Source of the DNA: Geobacter metallireducens GS-15
GTDB lineage: Bacteria; Desulfobacterota; Desulfuromonadia; Geobacterales; Geobacteraceae
DNA: 32,000 bases
Assembly (NCBI RefSeq): GCF_000012925.1
Contig: NC_007517.1
Span: forward strand, 960,001-992,000
Direction of reading: 5' to 3'
Below are positions 8,655-18,331 of the stretch, piece by piece. The position numbers were made by a program, and so were the translations under genes. The notes under the pieces were generated by a model. The model searched no databases. It was given only the letters and a program-made list of their open reading frames with translations, and was not told the DNA's origin. Numbering within the stretch: the first letter of the stretch is position 1; every line of letters starts with the position of its first letter.

Positions 8655-10192
8655 AGAAGAACCGGCTTGCAGCCATCGATATCGGGACCAACTCCATCCG
8701 CTGCATCGTGGTGGAGGTGACGAAGACCGGCTCCTTCCGCGTCCTGGACGACGAGAAGGCCACGGTGCGCCTGGGGGAGGGGCTGGCCGCCAGCGGTTCC
8801 CTCTCGCAGGCCGCCTGGGAGCGAGCCGTGACGGCTCTCACGCGGATGAAGAAGATCGTGGACGGCTACGGCGTGAAGGCCATCGAGGCGGTGGCCACGA
8901 GCGCGGTTCGGAAGGCCGCCAACGGCGCGGCGTTCATCGCTGCCATCGCCGAGCAGGTGGGGGTTGCGGTGGTAGTCATCAGCGGCGAGGAGGAGGCGGA
9001 GCTGGCGGCCCTCTCGGTGCGGAACCACTTCGACATGGAAGGCGCCCGTTACGCCATGGTCGACATCGGCGGCGGGAGCCTGGAGGTGGTGTCGGCCCTT
9101 GGCACCCACATCGAGGAGATCTATTCCCTGGAGCTGGGGGCGGTCTTTCTCACCGAGAAGTTCATGGCGGGGGATTCCGCGCGGCAGCCCGGTCAGGATA
9201 AGCTCCGCAAATACGTCCGCTCAAGCCTCAAGGAGGTCTTTGCCGGGGAGCGGTCCCAGTTCCAGTGCCTCGTGGGCTCCGGCGGCACCATCACCGCGAT
9301 CGCAGCCATGGTCATGGCCATGCGGGGGGAGGGGTACGGCTCGGTCCACCGCTACGAGGTGCTCCGTTCCGAGGTGGTGCACCTCCTCGCCATGCTGGCG
9401 CGCAAAACGGTAAAGGAGCGGCGGGAGGTGCCGGGGCTCAACCCGGACCGGGCCGACATCATCGTGGCCGGGGTCACGGTGGTGGACGAGCTCATGCGCT
9501 TTTTCGACGCCAACGTTCTGCGGGTCAACGAGCGGGGAATACGGGAAGGGCTCATCGTCAAGGCGCTTCGCACCCACGGCCTCATCCCCGGCGCGGCGGA
9601 GCCCCGGACCTGGCGCGACGCGGTGCTGGAGTTCGGCCGCTCCTGTCACATGGACGAGGATCATGCCCTCCACGTGACCAAGCTGGCGCTCAAACTCTTC
9701 GACGCGCTGGAGCCGGCCTACGGGCTGGGGGCCGGGGCGCGTCGGATGCTGGAGGCGGCCGCCATCCTCCACGACGTGGGGTACTTCATCAACTATTCCA
9801 GCCACCACAAGCATTCCTACCATCTCATCCGTCACGCCGACCTCTTCGGCTTCACCCCTCGGGAGCGGGAGATCATTGCCAACGCGGCCCGCTATCACCG
9901 CAAGGCTCTCCCCAAGAAGAAGCACGACGCCTACGTGCGCCTCGCCGAGCCCGACCGGCAGCTGGTGAGCCGCCTGGGGGGGGTTCTTCGGCTGGCCGAC
10001 GGCCTCGACCGGCGCCGCAGCGGTGTCGTCTCCGGCGTCACCTGCTCCGTTTCCAACGGCACGGTCATCGTCACCATCGCCAGCAGCGAGGATATCTCGG
10101 TGGAGCTCTTCGGCGGGAAGATTAAGGGTGATCTCTTCGAGGAGGCGTTCAGGAAGCGGCTTCTCCTCGTGGCAGAGCACACCCAGAGTTAA
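8651..10192 (+). CDS. ppx: Exopolyphosphatase / guanosine pentaphosphate phosphohydrolase (Ppx/GppA) with a C-terminal HD-type domain
   Basis: AAIDIGTNSIR and DIGGGSLE are ASKHA-fold motifs. The C-terminal region has ILHDVGYFINYSSHHKHSYHLI. A GTG start at 8651 gives 513 aa. Confidence 0.9.
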   Translation: MKKNRLAAIDIGTNSIRCIVVEVTKTGSFRVLDDEKATVRLGEGLAASGSLSQAAWERAVTALTRMKKIVDGYGVKAIEAVATSAVRKAANGAAFIAAIAEQVGVAVVVISGEEEAELAALSVRNHFDMEGARYAMVDIGGGSLEVVSALGTHIEEIYSLELGAVFLTEKFMAGDSARQPGQDKLRKYVRSSLKEVFAGERSQFQCLVGSGGTITAIAAMVMAMRGEGYGSVHRYEVLRSEVVHLLAMLARKTVKERREVPGLNPDRADIIVAGVTVVDELMRFFDANVLRVNERGIREGLIVKALRTHGLIPGAAEPRTWRDAVLEFGRSCHMDEDHALHVTKLALKLFDALEPAYGLGAGARRMLEAAAILHDVGYFINYSSHHKHSYHLIRHADLFGFTPREREIIANAARYHRKALPKKKHDAYVRLAEPDRQLVSRLGGVLRLADGLDRRRSGVVSGVTCSVSNGTVIVTIASSEDISVELFGGKIKGDLFEEAFRKRLLLVAEHTQS

Positions 10193-10259
10193 GGCGATCG
10201 TAACGGCGCCGCAACATGGACCGGCTATGATGGGTAAAACCCTTGATAGGAGGTCCAAC

Positions 10260-10436
10260 ATGAACATCAAGCTCCTCGGTGACTACTACGTCTGGTACTG
10301 CGACTGGTGCGACACGCGCAATCTTACCCTTCAGCAGAAATTCGCTGTCGGTGTTGTGAGCTGCGGAGCCTGCCACAAGCACTTCGACACAACTGCCCGG
10401 GAGGGTGAGCATTTCGCCCTGTGCGGCGGATTTTAG
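10260..10436 (+). CDS. Small (58 aa) four-Cys zinc-ribbon-like hypothetical protein
   Basis: The ATG at 10260 is preceded by TAGGAGG. It carries CDWC...CGAC pairs and genome-typical codon bias. Its stop overlaps the convergent DUF155 gene stop within TTAG. Confidence 0.5.
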   Translation: MNIKLLGDYYVWYCDWCDTRNLTLQQKFAVGVVSCGACHKHFDTTAREGEHFALCGGF

Positions 10437-11257
10437 CCTGTCTTGCGCATCAGCTCGAAGATGTAGATCACGATCTCGATGAAGATGAGGATGATGATGA
10501 TCCATTCCAGCCGTGAGGCGCGGCGGGCGTGGGCGAGGCTCGTGAAGACGCCGGTGATGTCCAGGAGCGTCTCCCCCTTGTGCTTGATCTCGTTGTAGCG
10601 CTGGTTCAGCTCAAAGATGTTGGCCATGGTCAGGTAGAGCCGGTCTGCCACGGGGTTCTCCCAGGTGAATTCCGGCTTCTCCAGGACCATGATGTGGGAG
10701 ATGGACTGGTATTTGTAGGTGAGGACGTTGGCCGCCAGCTTTGCCAGGCGCCGGTCCGAGATTCCCAACTTCCCCCGGTCGAGAAGGGCGATGATGGTTT
10801 CCATCTCGTCGAGAACCTGGTCAACCCGCTCCTCGATCCGCTCCAGGGCCACCGACTTGGCGATGACGAAACAGATGGTGTCCACGTAGGCCGGATCGTA
10901 CCCCGGCATGGTCGCCACGTCGTTGGTGACCTCAACCCGTTCCCCCTCCCCCCGCTTCAGGGAATACTCGTCCCGGTACCGGACGGCAGGGTACTCCTTA
11001 AATGCCTCCCCATGGTGCCCCATGCTCCAGAAGAAAGAGCCGATCTCCTCCTCCGTGCAGTTCACGAAGACCACCCCGCCGAAGTAGTAGAGATAGACCC
11101 TCTTGGTTTCTCCCATATCCCCCGGAAGAGGTCTGAGGCTTGTCAGGTCGAGCACCATGGGCTCTTCCCAGCGATAGCGCCGGGGAAATCCGAGGGACCC
11201 CGCCAAGCGGTTCAGGTCCAGTTCCCCCGAAAGGGCATAGGCGGCGAAATCGATCAT
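10433..11257 (-). CDS. RMD1/DUF155-family protein with a C-terminal transmembrane helix
   Basis: MIDFAAYALSGELDL...VYLYYFGGVVFVNC...YKYQSISHIMVLEKPEFTWE resembles the RMD1/Sif2 (DUF155) family. The C-terminus LEWIIIILIFIEIVIYIF is hydrophobic. The ATG at 11257 is preceded by CAGGAGG. Confidence 0.75.
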   Translation of the reverse strand: MIDFAAYALSGELDLNRLAGSLGFPRRYRWEEPMVLDLTSLRPLPGDMGETKRVYLYYFGGVVFVNCTEEEIGSFFWSMGHHGEAFKEYPAVRYRDEYSLKRGEGERVEVTNDVATMPGYDPAYVDTICFVIAKSVALERIEERVDQVLDEMETIIALLDRGKLGISDRRLAKLAANVLTYKYQSISHIMVLEKPEFTWENPVADRLYLTMANIFELNQRYNEIKHKGETLLDITGVFTSLAHARRASRLEWIIIILIFIEIVIYIFELMRKTG

Positions 11258-11327
11258 CGCATCCTCCTGAAAAAAGCTTACCCGACGGGATACGTGGACG
11301 CAAATCCTGACCTCCCCTGGAGAAATG

Positions 11328-11353
11328 AAAAAAGGCGTACACTCCGGTACGCC
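11328..11353 (-). terminator. Rho-independent terminator after arnD
   Basis: The minus strand reads GGCGTAC-CGGAGT-GTACGCC followed by TTTTTT. The stems are 11334-11340 and 11347-11353, and the A-run on the + strand is 11328-11333. Confidence 0.6.
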
Positions 11354-11378
11354 TTCCTTGTCCATGTATGCCGTCTTT

Positions 11379-12305
11379 TCAATCCCGAATCTTCTTCCTC
11401 GGCTCTCTTGTCATCTTCCCCTGGATTGCCACTTCGCCGGCCCGGCCGAGAAGCTCTCCCATCGCCAGCCTGCAGCAGGGGATTTCTCCCCGATGGGCCT
11501 CTTCAGCCGCTTCGGCAAGGGTGACAAAGCGGCAGCCCTTCGCCTGGAGCCGCTCCAGAAGGTCGATAAAGACGGGGGACAGCACTCCCCCCTCCAGTTC
11601 GGCATGGATGGTGTGAACGTTGAGCCCCGGTTGGATCAGGGAGAGGTAGTGGTCGTTCACGGTTTCCGCCGTGATACCGTTCTCCCCCAAGAGTTCGTCC
11701 ATAGTGGGAAGGGTAGTCGGAATCTGGAGAGTATGGAAACGCCGGTCGTCCATCACGGGGTAGAAGGGGTGGATCCCCCGGCTGTCGCTGCAGTAAGTGA
11801 GGTAGAGGGCATCCTGGATCTCCAGGGAGTCGGCAGTGACGGTCCATCCCGGAGCCGCCGTGGTCTTGGCCCTCCTGTTGAGGATCTCCTCGAAAAGGGC
11901 GAAGGCCCGCCCCAGCTCCAGGGCGATCATGTTTCGCGGGATCCAGGGAAGGAGGTCGTGCCACTTGACGTGGTCCCAGCAGTGGATGCCGACCTCGTGC
12001 CCCCGGGCCTCGGTCTCCCGCAGGACGTGGGGAACCTTGTCCGCAATGATCGGCGGCGGCAGGAGCACGCCGTACATGAGGGTCCGCAGCCCGTAGACCG
12101 ACGGCGCCCTGGTCCGAAGCATCTTCCGGAGGAACCCCTTGCGGGTGAAGATGCGGCGGATCGCCTTGCCGCTGTTGTCGGGCCCCATGGAGAAGTAGAA
12201 CGTTCCCTTGATCCCGAAGCGGTCGAAGATCTCCAAGAGCCGCGGTACCCCGTCGCGGGTGCCGACGTACGTGTCGACGTCTATTTTGAGGGCTATGGTG
12301 GGCAT
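11379..12305 (-). CDS. arnD: 4-deoxy-4-formamido-L-arabinose-phosphoundecaprenol deformylase ArnD (polysaccharide deacetylase fold)
   Basis: IALKIDVDTYVGTRDGVPRLLEIF...FYFSMGPDN...HCWDH...IHAELEG is collinear with enterobacterial ArnD. I prefer the ATG at 12305 over the TTG at 12320. Confidence 0.88.
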   Translation of the reverse strand: MPTIALKIDVDTYVGTRDGVPRLLEIFDRFGIKGTFYFSMGPDNSGKAIRRIFTRKGFLRKMLRTRAPSVYGLRTLMYGVLLPPPIIADKVPHVLRETEARGHEVGIHCWDHVKWHDLLPWIPRNMIALELGRAFALFEEILNRRAKTTAAPGWTVTADSLEIQDALYLTYCSDSRGIHPFYPVMDDRRFHTLQIPTTLPTMDELLGENGITAETVNDHYLSLIQPGLNVHTIHAELEGGVLSPVFIDLLERLQAKGCRFVTLAEAAEEAHRGEIPCCRLAMGELLGRAGEVAIQGKMTREPRKKIRD

Positions 12306-12444
12306 CAGGTCATGAACCAATCATGAAAAATGGCGATTTTTCGCAAGGTCAAGGCGGAGGAGGGATCCCGCGGAGGCGTAGCAGGGCTACGCCGCACAAG
12401 GTGATTCCGAACGACAACGCCGAGATGGCGGAAAAGCGGCATTT

Positions 12445-13485
12445 TCACAGCAGGTGTTCGATCTTCTCTTTTTCTTCTATCAGATAAAAGTCGAGGGTCT
12501 TCCGCAGTGCGTCGTCGATGACGGTCTTCGGCTCCCAGCCAAGCCGCGCCTTGGCGTTCTTCACGGAGGGGACGCGGGTCAGCATGTCCTGGTACCCCTT
12601 GCCGTAGAACTGGCCGGAGGAAACCTCGATGATCCTGCATGCCTCGGCCCTGTCGCGGTAGGCGGGATACTCCTTTACCAGGGTGATCAGTTTCTCCGCC
12701 AGTTCCTTCACCGACAGGTCGTTCCCCGGATTGCCGATGTTGAAGATGCCGCCGTCGGCGCTCCCGTCCTTGTTCTCGATGATTTTCATGAGGCAGTCGA
12801 TGCCGTCCTCCACGAAGGTGAAGGAGCGGCGCTGGTTGCCGCCGTCCACGAGCTGGATCGGCTCGCCGGCCAGGATGTTGTAGAGAAACTGGGTCAGGAC
12901 CCGGGAGCTTCCCTCCTTGGCGGTGGAGATGGAATCCAGCTTCGGACCGATCCAGTTGAAGGGGCGGAACAGGGTGTAGCGCAGCCCCTCCTGCTCGCCG
13001 TAGGCGTAGATCACCCGGTCGAGCATCTGCTTGGCGCAGGAGTATATCCAGCGCTGCTTGTTGATGGGGCCGAGCATGAGGGGCGAGTTCTCCTCGTCGA
13101 ACTCCCGGTCCGGGCTCATGCCGTAGACCTCGGAGGTGGAGGGGAAGATGACCCGCTTCTTGTACTTCACGCACTGGCGGATGATCTTGAGGTTCTCCTC
13201 GAAGTCGAGCTCGAAGACCCGGAGCGGGTCCTTCACGTAGGTGACCGGCGTGGCGATGGCCACCAGGGGGAGGACCACGTCGCACTTCTTGATGTTGTAC
13301 TCGATCCACTCCTTGTTGATGGTGATGTCACCTTCCAGGAAGTGGAAGCGGGGGTGGCCGATGGAGTGCTCGAGCTTGTTGTCGCTCATGTCGAGGCCGT
13401 ACACCTCCCAGTCGGTGGTGTCGAGGATGCGTTTGGTGAGGGCGTTGCCGATGAAGCCGTTGACGCCGAGGATGAGGATTTTCAT
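12445..13485 (-). CDS. arnA: UDP-glucuronate oxidative decarboxylase: the ArnA C-terminal dehydrogenase domain as a stand-alone gene
   Basis: Rossmann motif [21 protein letters not shown] and IYSCAKQ carry the SDR catalytic Y-xxx-K. The sequence is collinear with the ArnA C-terminal half. The ATG at 13485 is preceded by GGAGA. Confidence 0.88.
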   Translation of the reverse strand: MKILILGVNGFIGNALTKRILDTTDWEVYGLDMSDNKLEHSIGHPRFHFLEGDITINKEWIEYNIKKCDVVLPLVAIATPVTYVKDPLRVFELDFEENLKIIRQCVKYKKRVIFPSTSEVYGMSPDREFDEENSPLMLGPINKQRWIYSCAKQMLDRVIYAYGEQEGLRYTLFRPFNWIGPKLDSISTAKEGSSRVLTQFLYNILAGEPIQLVDGGNQRRSFTFVEDGIDCLMKIIENKDGSADGGIFNIGNPGNDLSVKELAEKLITLVKEYPAYRDRAEACRIIEVSSGQFYGKGYQDMLTRVPSVKNAKARLGWEPKTVIDDALRKTLDFYLIEEKEKIEHLL

Positions 13486-13537
13486 GGTATCTCCAGTGGG
13501 TAAAATGTGACCGGCGGCAATCCTGCCGACGGTGATG

Positions 13538-14473
13538 CTATGGGTTTGCAAACCTTTTCCCTGCGGGGTGGACGATGGCGGAAAAGCTTCCGGCCGCAAC
13601 CTCGTCTCCCCCTTCGAGCTGTAACGAGGTGATCTCCAGGAGCCCCTCGCCGGTTCCGACGACCAGGGGATCTTCCGTGACCACCACCCCTGGCTCTGCG
13701 CTTCCCGGAAGCGGCCGGGCGCTCCAGACAAGGATCTTCTTCCCGTCCAGGTACGTGAAGGCGCCCGGGTAGGGGTGGGTGACGCCGCGAATGAGGTTGT
13801 AGATCTGCACGGCGCTTTTCGTCCAGTCGATGAGCCCGTCGGCCGGCCGCCGGCCGCCGCAGTAGTTCCCCTCCACCAGGTTCATGGGGATGCGGGGGGC
13901 GGTCCCCGCGACCAGGAGCGGGTAGCTCCGGGAGATGACCGTCACTGCCGCATCGGTCACCTTGGTGAAGACATCGAAGGAGGTGTCGGTGAAAGCAATG
14001 GGAACCTTCTCCCGGTCCACGATGTCGCCGGCGTCGGGCTTTTCCACCATGTGGTGGAGGGTGGCGCCGGTCTCGGTTTCGCCGTTGATCACTGCCCAGT
14101 TGACCGGCACCCGTCCCCGGTACTTGGGGAGGTAGGAGCCGTGGAGGTTCAGGGCGCCTTTGCGGGGGATATCCAGCACCTCTGGTGTGATCATGTTCCG
14201 GTAGTAGAAGGAGAAGAGGAAGTCGGGGGCGATCTCCCGCACCTTCGCCACGTTGGCCGGCTCGTTGATGTCGCTGGTCAGGTACGGGATGCCGTGGCGT
14301 TGCGCCAGTTCCCGCACCGACTGGAACCAGATCTCCTCCGTGGGGGAGTCCTCATGGGTGAAGACCAGCCGCACGTCGGCTCCCTGCTTCAGCAGTTCCT
14401 CCAGACAGCGGAAGCCGACGTTGTGGTAGGCGCAGACGACCACTCTCGTTCCTCTCCCACTACTCGAAGCCAT
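13538..14473 (-). CDS. arnA: UDP-4-amino-4-deoxy-L-arabinose formyltransferase: the ArnA N-terminal domain as a stand-alone gene
   Basis: [18 protein letters not shown]...VFTHED...[21 protein letters not shown] shows the formyltransferase HxSLLPxxRG-type motif. The start at 14473 overlaps the arnC 3' end by 14 nt, and the exact start is uncertain. Confidence 0.85.
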   Translation of the reverse strand: MASSSGRGTRVVVCAYHNVGFRCLEELLKQGADVRLVFTHEDSPTEEIWFQSVRELAQRHGIPYLTSDINEPANVAKVREIAPDFLFSFYYRNMITPEVLDIPRKGALNLHGSYLPKYRGRVPVNWAVINGETETGATLHHMVEKPDAGDIVDREKVPIAFTDTSFDVFTKVTDAAVTVISRSYPLLVAGTAPRIPMNLVEGNYCGGRRPADGLIDWTKSAVQIYNLIRGVTHPYPGAFTYLDGKKILVWSARPLPGSAEPGVVVTEDPLVVGTGEGLLEITSLQLEGGDEVAAGSFSAIVHPAGKRFANP

Positions 14474-15392
14474 AGGTCCTCCTGACCACATACCGCGGCC
14501 GGCGCCGCACTTCCTGGTAGATCCTCCCCACGTATTCCCCCACAAGGCCGATGCCGAAGATGATGATGCCGACGAAGAAGAAGAGGATGGCGAAGAGGGT
14601 GAAGACCCCTTCCACTTCGGAGCCGATCAGGAAGCGGCGCACGAGGAGGAAGAGGGCGAAGAGGACCGACGCCACCGAGGTGAGGATGCCGAGAAGGGCG
14701 AAGAGCTGGAGCGGCACCACCGAAAAGCCGGTCATGAGGTCGAAGTTGAGGCGGATGAGGCGGTAGAGGGAATACTTGCTTTCTCCCTCGGCCCGCTCTG
14801 CGTGGGAGACCGGCACCTCCGACGGGTTCGAAGCGAAGGTCTGAGCCAGGGCCGGGATGAAGGTGGTCATCTCCTGGCAGCGGTTCAGGTTGTCGATGAC
14901 GGTGCGGTTGTAGGCCCGGAGCATGCAGCCGTAGTCGCTCATCTGCATCCCGGTCATCTTGTTGGTGGTGATGTTGACGATCCGCGACGCGGCCCGGCGG
15001 AAGAAGGTGTCCTGGCGCTTCTGGCGGACGCTTCCCACCACGTCGTGTCCCTTCTCCATCTCGGCCACGAGCTTGGGGATCTCTTCCGGGGGGTTCTGGA
15101 GGTCGGCGTCGAGGGTGACGACGATCTCGCCGGCGCTCATCTCGAAGGCTGCCATGATTGCCATGTGCTGGCCGAAGTTGCCGTTGAACTCGATCACCTT
15201 CACTTCCGGATGGCTCTGGGCCATCTCCCGGAGGATTTCCAGGGAGCGGTCCCGGGAGCCGTCGTCGGTGAAGATGATCTCGAAGGGCTTGCCGAGGGCG
15301 GTCATGACCGGGTAGAGCCGCGCCAGGAGTTTCTGGAGGTTCGGTTCCTCGTTGTAGACAGGGATGATGATGGAGATATAGGGCTTGCTCAT
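14460..15392 (-). CDS. arnC: Undecaprenyl-phosphate 4-deoxy-4-formamido-L-arabinose transferase ArnC (GT2)
   Basis: SIIIPVYNEE, TDDGSRD, TLDADLQNPPEEIPKLV, GCMLRAY and two C-terminal transmembrane helices. The similarity to E. coli ArnC is close and collinear. Confidence 0.92.
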   Translation of the reverse strand: MSKPYISIIIPVYNEEPNLQKLLARLYPVMTALGKPFEIIFTDDGSRDRSLEILREMAQSHPEVKVIEFNGNFGQHMAIMAAFEMSAGEIVVTLDADLQNPPEEIPKLVAEMEKGHDVVGSVRQKRQDTFFRRAASRIVNITTNKMTGMQMSDYGCMLRAYNRTVIDNLNRCQEMTTFIPALAQTFASNPSEVPVSHAERAEGESKYSLYRLIRLNFDLMTGFSVVPLQLFALLGILTSVASVLFALFLLVRRFLIGSEVEGVFTLFAILFFFVGIIIFGIGLVGEYVGRIYQEVRRRPRYVVRRTYGFE

Positions 15393-15395
15393 GGC

Positions 15396-16559
15396 CTACT
15401 TCCTGTTCCGGGCAATGACATCCTTCACCGCCGCCACCACGTCCCGGGCGTCGTCCATGGTCATGGCCGGGAAAAGGGGGAGGGAGAGGATGCGGTCGGA
15501 GGCGTAGTCGGCGTTGGGAAGGGATCCCGCGGGGACCGGCATGTTCTCCCGGTACCAGGCGTGGTGGTGGATCGCCTTGTAGTGGAGGCCGGTGCCGATG
15601 TTGAGATTCTTCAGCTCGGCCATGAAGGTGTCCCGATCGATGGTGAGCTTCTCCACCCGGACCAGCGGCGTGTAGAGGTGCCAGGCATGGCGCTGGTCGT
15701 AGGGGGCGAGGGCCGGGGTAGCCAGTTCATGGACGTCGGCAAAGGCGGCCTTGTAGAATTCGGCTATTTCCCGGCGCTTCTCGATGAACCCGTCCAGCTT
15801 CGGGAGCTGGTGGATGCCGATGGCGGCCTGGATGTCCATCATGTTGTACTTGTAGCCGGGAAGGAGGATGTCGTAGTTGGGGGTGCCGCTGGCGGCGAAG
15901 CGCTTCCACGCCTCGCGGCTCATGCCGTGGAACTTCAGGAGCGAGATCTCCTCGGCCAGGGTCTCGTCGGCGGTGCAGACCATTCCCCCTTCGCCGGTGG
16001 TGATGTTCTTGTTGGGGTGGAAGGAAAAGATGGAGATGCTGTCGAGGGAGCCGATCCTCTTCCCCTTGTACTCGGTGCCGGCGGCGTGGGCCGCGTCCTC
16101 GATGACGGTGAGGCCGAACTCCTTGGCCAGGGCGAAGATGGGGTCCATATCACACGACTGGCCGGCAAAGTGGACCGGGATGATCGCCTTCGTGCGGGGG
16201 GTGATCTTTTCGCGGATCTTTGCCGCGTCGATGTTGAGGGTTCCCGGCTCGATGTCGACGAGCACCGGCTTTGCCCCACAGAGGACGATCATGCTCACCG
16301 TGGAGGCAAAGGTCATGGGGGTGGTGATGATCTCGTCCCCTTCGTCCAGCTTCAGGGCGATGAGCGTCAGGTGGAGCCCGGCGGTGGCGGAACTCAGGGG
16401 GACGGCGTAGGAGGCGCCGACGTAGGCCTTGAACGCCTCCTCGAAGCGCTTCACCTTGGGGCCGGTGGTGATCCACCCGGATTTCAGGGATGCAACGACC
16501 TCATTGATCTCGTCGTCGTCTATGGTTGGTTTGGAAAAGGGGAGAAATTCGCTGCGCAC
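15396..16559 (-). CDS. arnB: UDP-4-amino-4-deoxy-L-arabinose--oxoglutarate aminotransferase ArnB (DegT/DnrJ/EryC1 family)
   Basis: FLPFSKPTIDDDEI..., SATAGLHL and FSFHPNKNITTGEGG (PLP lysine). The GTG start at 16559 is preceded by GGAAGGAGG. Confidence 0.9.
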   Translation of the reverse strand: MRSEFLPFSKPTIDDDEINEVVASLKSGWITTGPKVKRFEEAFKAYVGASYAVPLSSATAGLHLTLIALKLDEGDEIITTPMTFASTVSMIVLCGAKPVLVDIEPGTLNIDAAKIREKITPRTKAIIPVHFAGQSCDMDPIFALAKEFGLTVIEDAAHAAGTEYKGKRIGSLDSISIFSFHPNKNITTGEGGMVCTADETLAEEISLLKFHGMSREAWKRFAASGTPNYDILLPGYKYNMMDIQAAIGIHQLPKLDGFIEKRREIAEFYKAAFADVHELATPALAPYDQRHAWHLYTPLVRVEKLTIDRDTFMAELKNLNIGTGLHYKAIHHHAWYRENMPVPAGSLPNADYASDRILSLPLFPAMTMDDARDVVAAVKDVIARNRK

Positions 16560-16640
16560 GGTTGCCTCCTTCCGGAAAAACGCTACATGATGGCACAAAA
16601 CCGCGCGAAGTGCCATACCGTTTACGCTGTCCCCGTCGGG

Positions 16641-18305
16641 TCAGTGGTTCGCGATGAGAAGAACCTTTCCTTTTCTCCCCAACTCCCGCGGCGGGGTCGT
16701 GACGAGTTTTCTCAAGGCGGGAAGGGCATCCTCCTTGATGAGAACGATGACCGGTCGGCCCGAGTCCCAGAGGCGCGCAAAGCCCTGCTCGTCCAAGAAC
16801 CACTGGCTCTGGTCCCCCTGGCGGCTCCCGAAATCGAGCTCTCCACGCTCTCCCACAATGATGATCCGCCGTCCCGCATAGTAGGAAAATCCTTGCTGGT
16901 AGAGCTGGAAGCTGGCAACGGCGGTATCCGGTCCCGCCTTTTCCTTCACCAGTTGCCCCAGTTCCCGGAATGACTTCCGTTCGGCGGTGCGGGCGAGGAT
17001 GAACGGCGGGCCGGCGATGCCCAGAAGGTACGAGAAAAGGCCGAAGGAGACTAGGAGCACGGCGGCCTTCTTGCGGCGCAGGCCCACGAAGGCGGCTATC
17101 CCCTGGGCAAGGAGGCAGGAGCCGATCACGGCCCCGGCGAGCACCGACAGTTTCGGGTTCTTGGCCAGGTGGGGGAAAAGGATGCCGCCGGCTCCGCCGA
17201 TCGTCAGCACCGCCGCTGCGATGGCCGTCGGCAGGGTGGGAAAGGTGGCGCGGCGGTCGGCCACGCGTGAGAAGAACTCGCCAACGAGAAGCGCCACCGC
17301 CGGGAATACCGGGAGGATGTACGGGATCAGTTTGGAGCTCGACAGGGAGAAAAAGGTGAAGATGACCGCTCCCCAGAGGATGAGGTAGAGACGCGCCTCG
17401 CCCGTGGGAGTGTGTCGCTCCTGCCACATGCCCCGAATGGCGGACGGAAGGTAGAAGGACCAGGGAAGCATGAACCCGGCCAGGACCGGAATGAAGAACC
17501 AGGGGGGTTCGTAGCGGCCGTGAACCTTGGTGAGAAAGCGTTCGAAGTGTTCATGGATGAAGAAAAACCGTGGAAATTCCGGGTTGTGGAGCGAGACGAG
17601 AATGAACCAGGGTGCCGCGACGAGAAGGAAGAGGACAGTGCCCGTGGGGAGCCGCATCTCGCGAAGAAGCCGCCAGCGCCCCGTGAGGAGGATGAAGAGG
17701 ACGATCACGCCGCCGGGGAGGACGAGGCCGATGAGCCCCTTGGCGAGCACGGTGAGGGCTGCCGCCACGTAGAAGAGATAGTAGTAGAGGCCGGCGCGCC
17801 GGCCCCTGTCGTGAACCGCCAGGAGAAAGCAGCCGAGGGTGGCGGTCATCCAGAAGGTGAGGGTCATGTCGATGACGTTGTAGCGGCCAATGACGATAAA
17901 GCCGAGGGAGGTGCCGAGAACCGTCGCCGCCAGGAGTCCTGCGCGTCGACCAAAAACAGTCCGTCCCACGTGATAGGTGAAGAGGACGCCGCAGAGCCCC
18001 ATGAGCGCCCCCGGAGCCCGGGCCGCGAACTCGCTGAAGCCGAATATCCTGAACGAAATGGCCTCCAGCCAGTAGTGGAGCGGTGGTTTCTCGAAGTACT
18101 TCACGTAGTTCAGGAAGGGGGTTATGAAGTCCCCCCGTTCGAGCATTTCCCGCGGGATTTCGGCGTAGCGCCCCTCGTCGGAATCGAGAAGTGGAATCTG
18201 GCCGAGCCGTTGGAAGAAGGCAAAGCCGAAGACCACGGCAAGGATGATGAGATCCTTGAACAGGCTCTGCTCCCGGTTGGATGAGACGGTGAAGGCAGTT
18301 TTCAT
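16641..18305 (-). CDS. arnT: 4-amino-4-deoxy-L-arabinose lipid A transferase ArnT (GT39/PMT_2-type membrane glycosyltransferase)
   Basis: DSDEGRYAEIPREMLERGDFITPFLNYVKYFEKPPLHYW matches the ArnT N-terminal loop motif. There are many transmembrane helices. The ATG at 18305 gives 554 aa; the track ORF reaching 18692 is an upstream extension. Confidence 0.85.
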   Translation of the reverse strand: MKTAFTVSSNREQSLFKDLIILAVVFGFAFFQRLGQIPLLDSDEGRYAEIPREMLERGDFITPFLNYVKYFEKPPLHYWLEAISFRIFGFSEFAARAPGALMGLCGVLFTYHVGRTVFGRRAGLLAATVLGTSLGFIVIGRYNVIDMTLTFWMTATLGCFLLAVHDRGRRAGLYYYLFYVAAALTVLAKGLIGLVLPGGVIVLFILLTGRWRLLREMRLPTGTVLFLLVAAPWFILVSLHNPEFPRFFFIHEHFERFLTKVHGRYEPPWFFIPVLAGFMLPWSFYLPSAIRGMWQERHTPTGEARLYLILWGAVIFTFFSLSSSKLIPYILPVFPAVALLVGEFFSRVADRRATFPTLPTAIAAAVLTIGGAGGILFPHLAKNPKLSVLAGAVIGSCLLAQGIAAFVGLRRKKAAVLLVSFGLFSYLLGIAGPPFILARTAERKSFRELGQLVKEKAGPDTAVASFQLYQQGFSYYAGRRIIIVGERGELDFGSRQGDQSQWFLDEQGFARLWDSGRPVIVLIKEDALPALRKLVTTPPRELGRKGKVLLIANH

Positions 18306-18331
18306 GGAGTAGTCTTTCTTGGATGAGGGGG

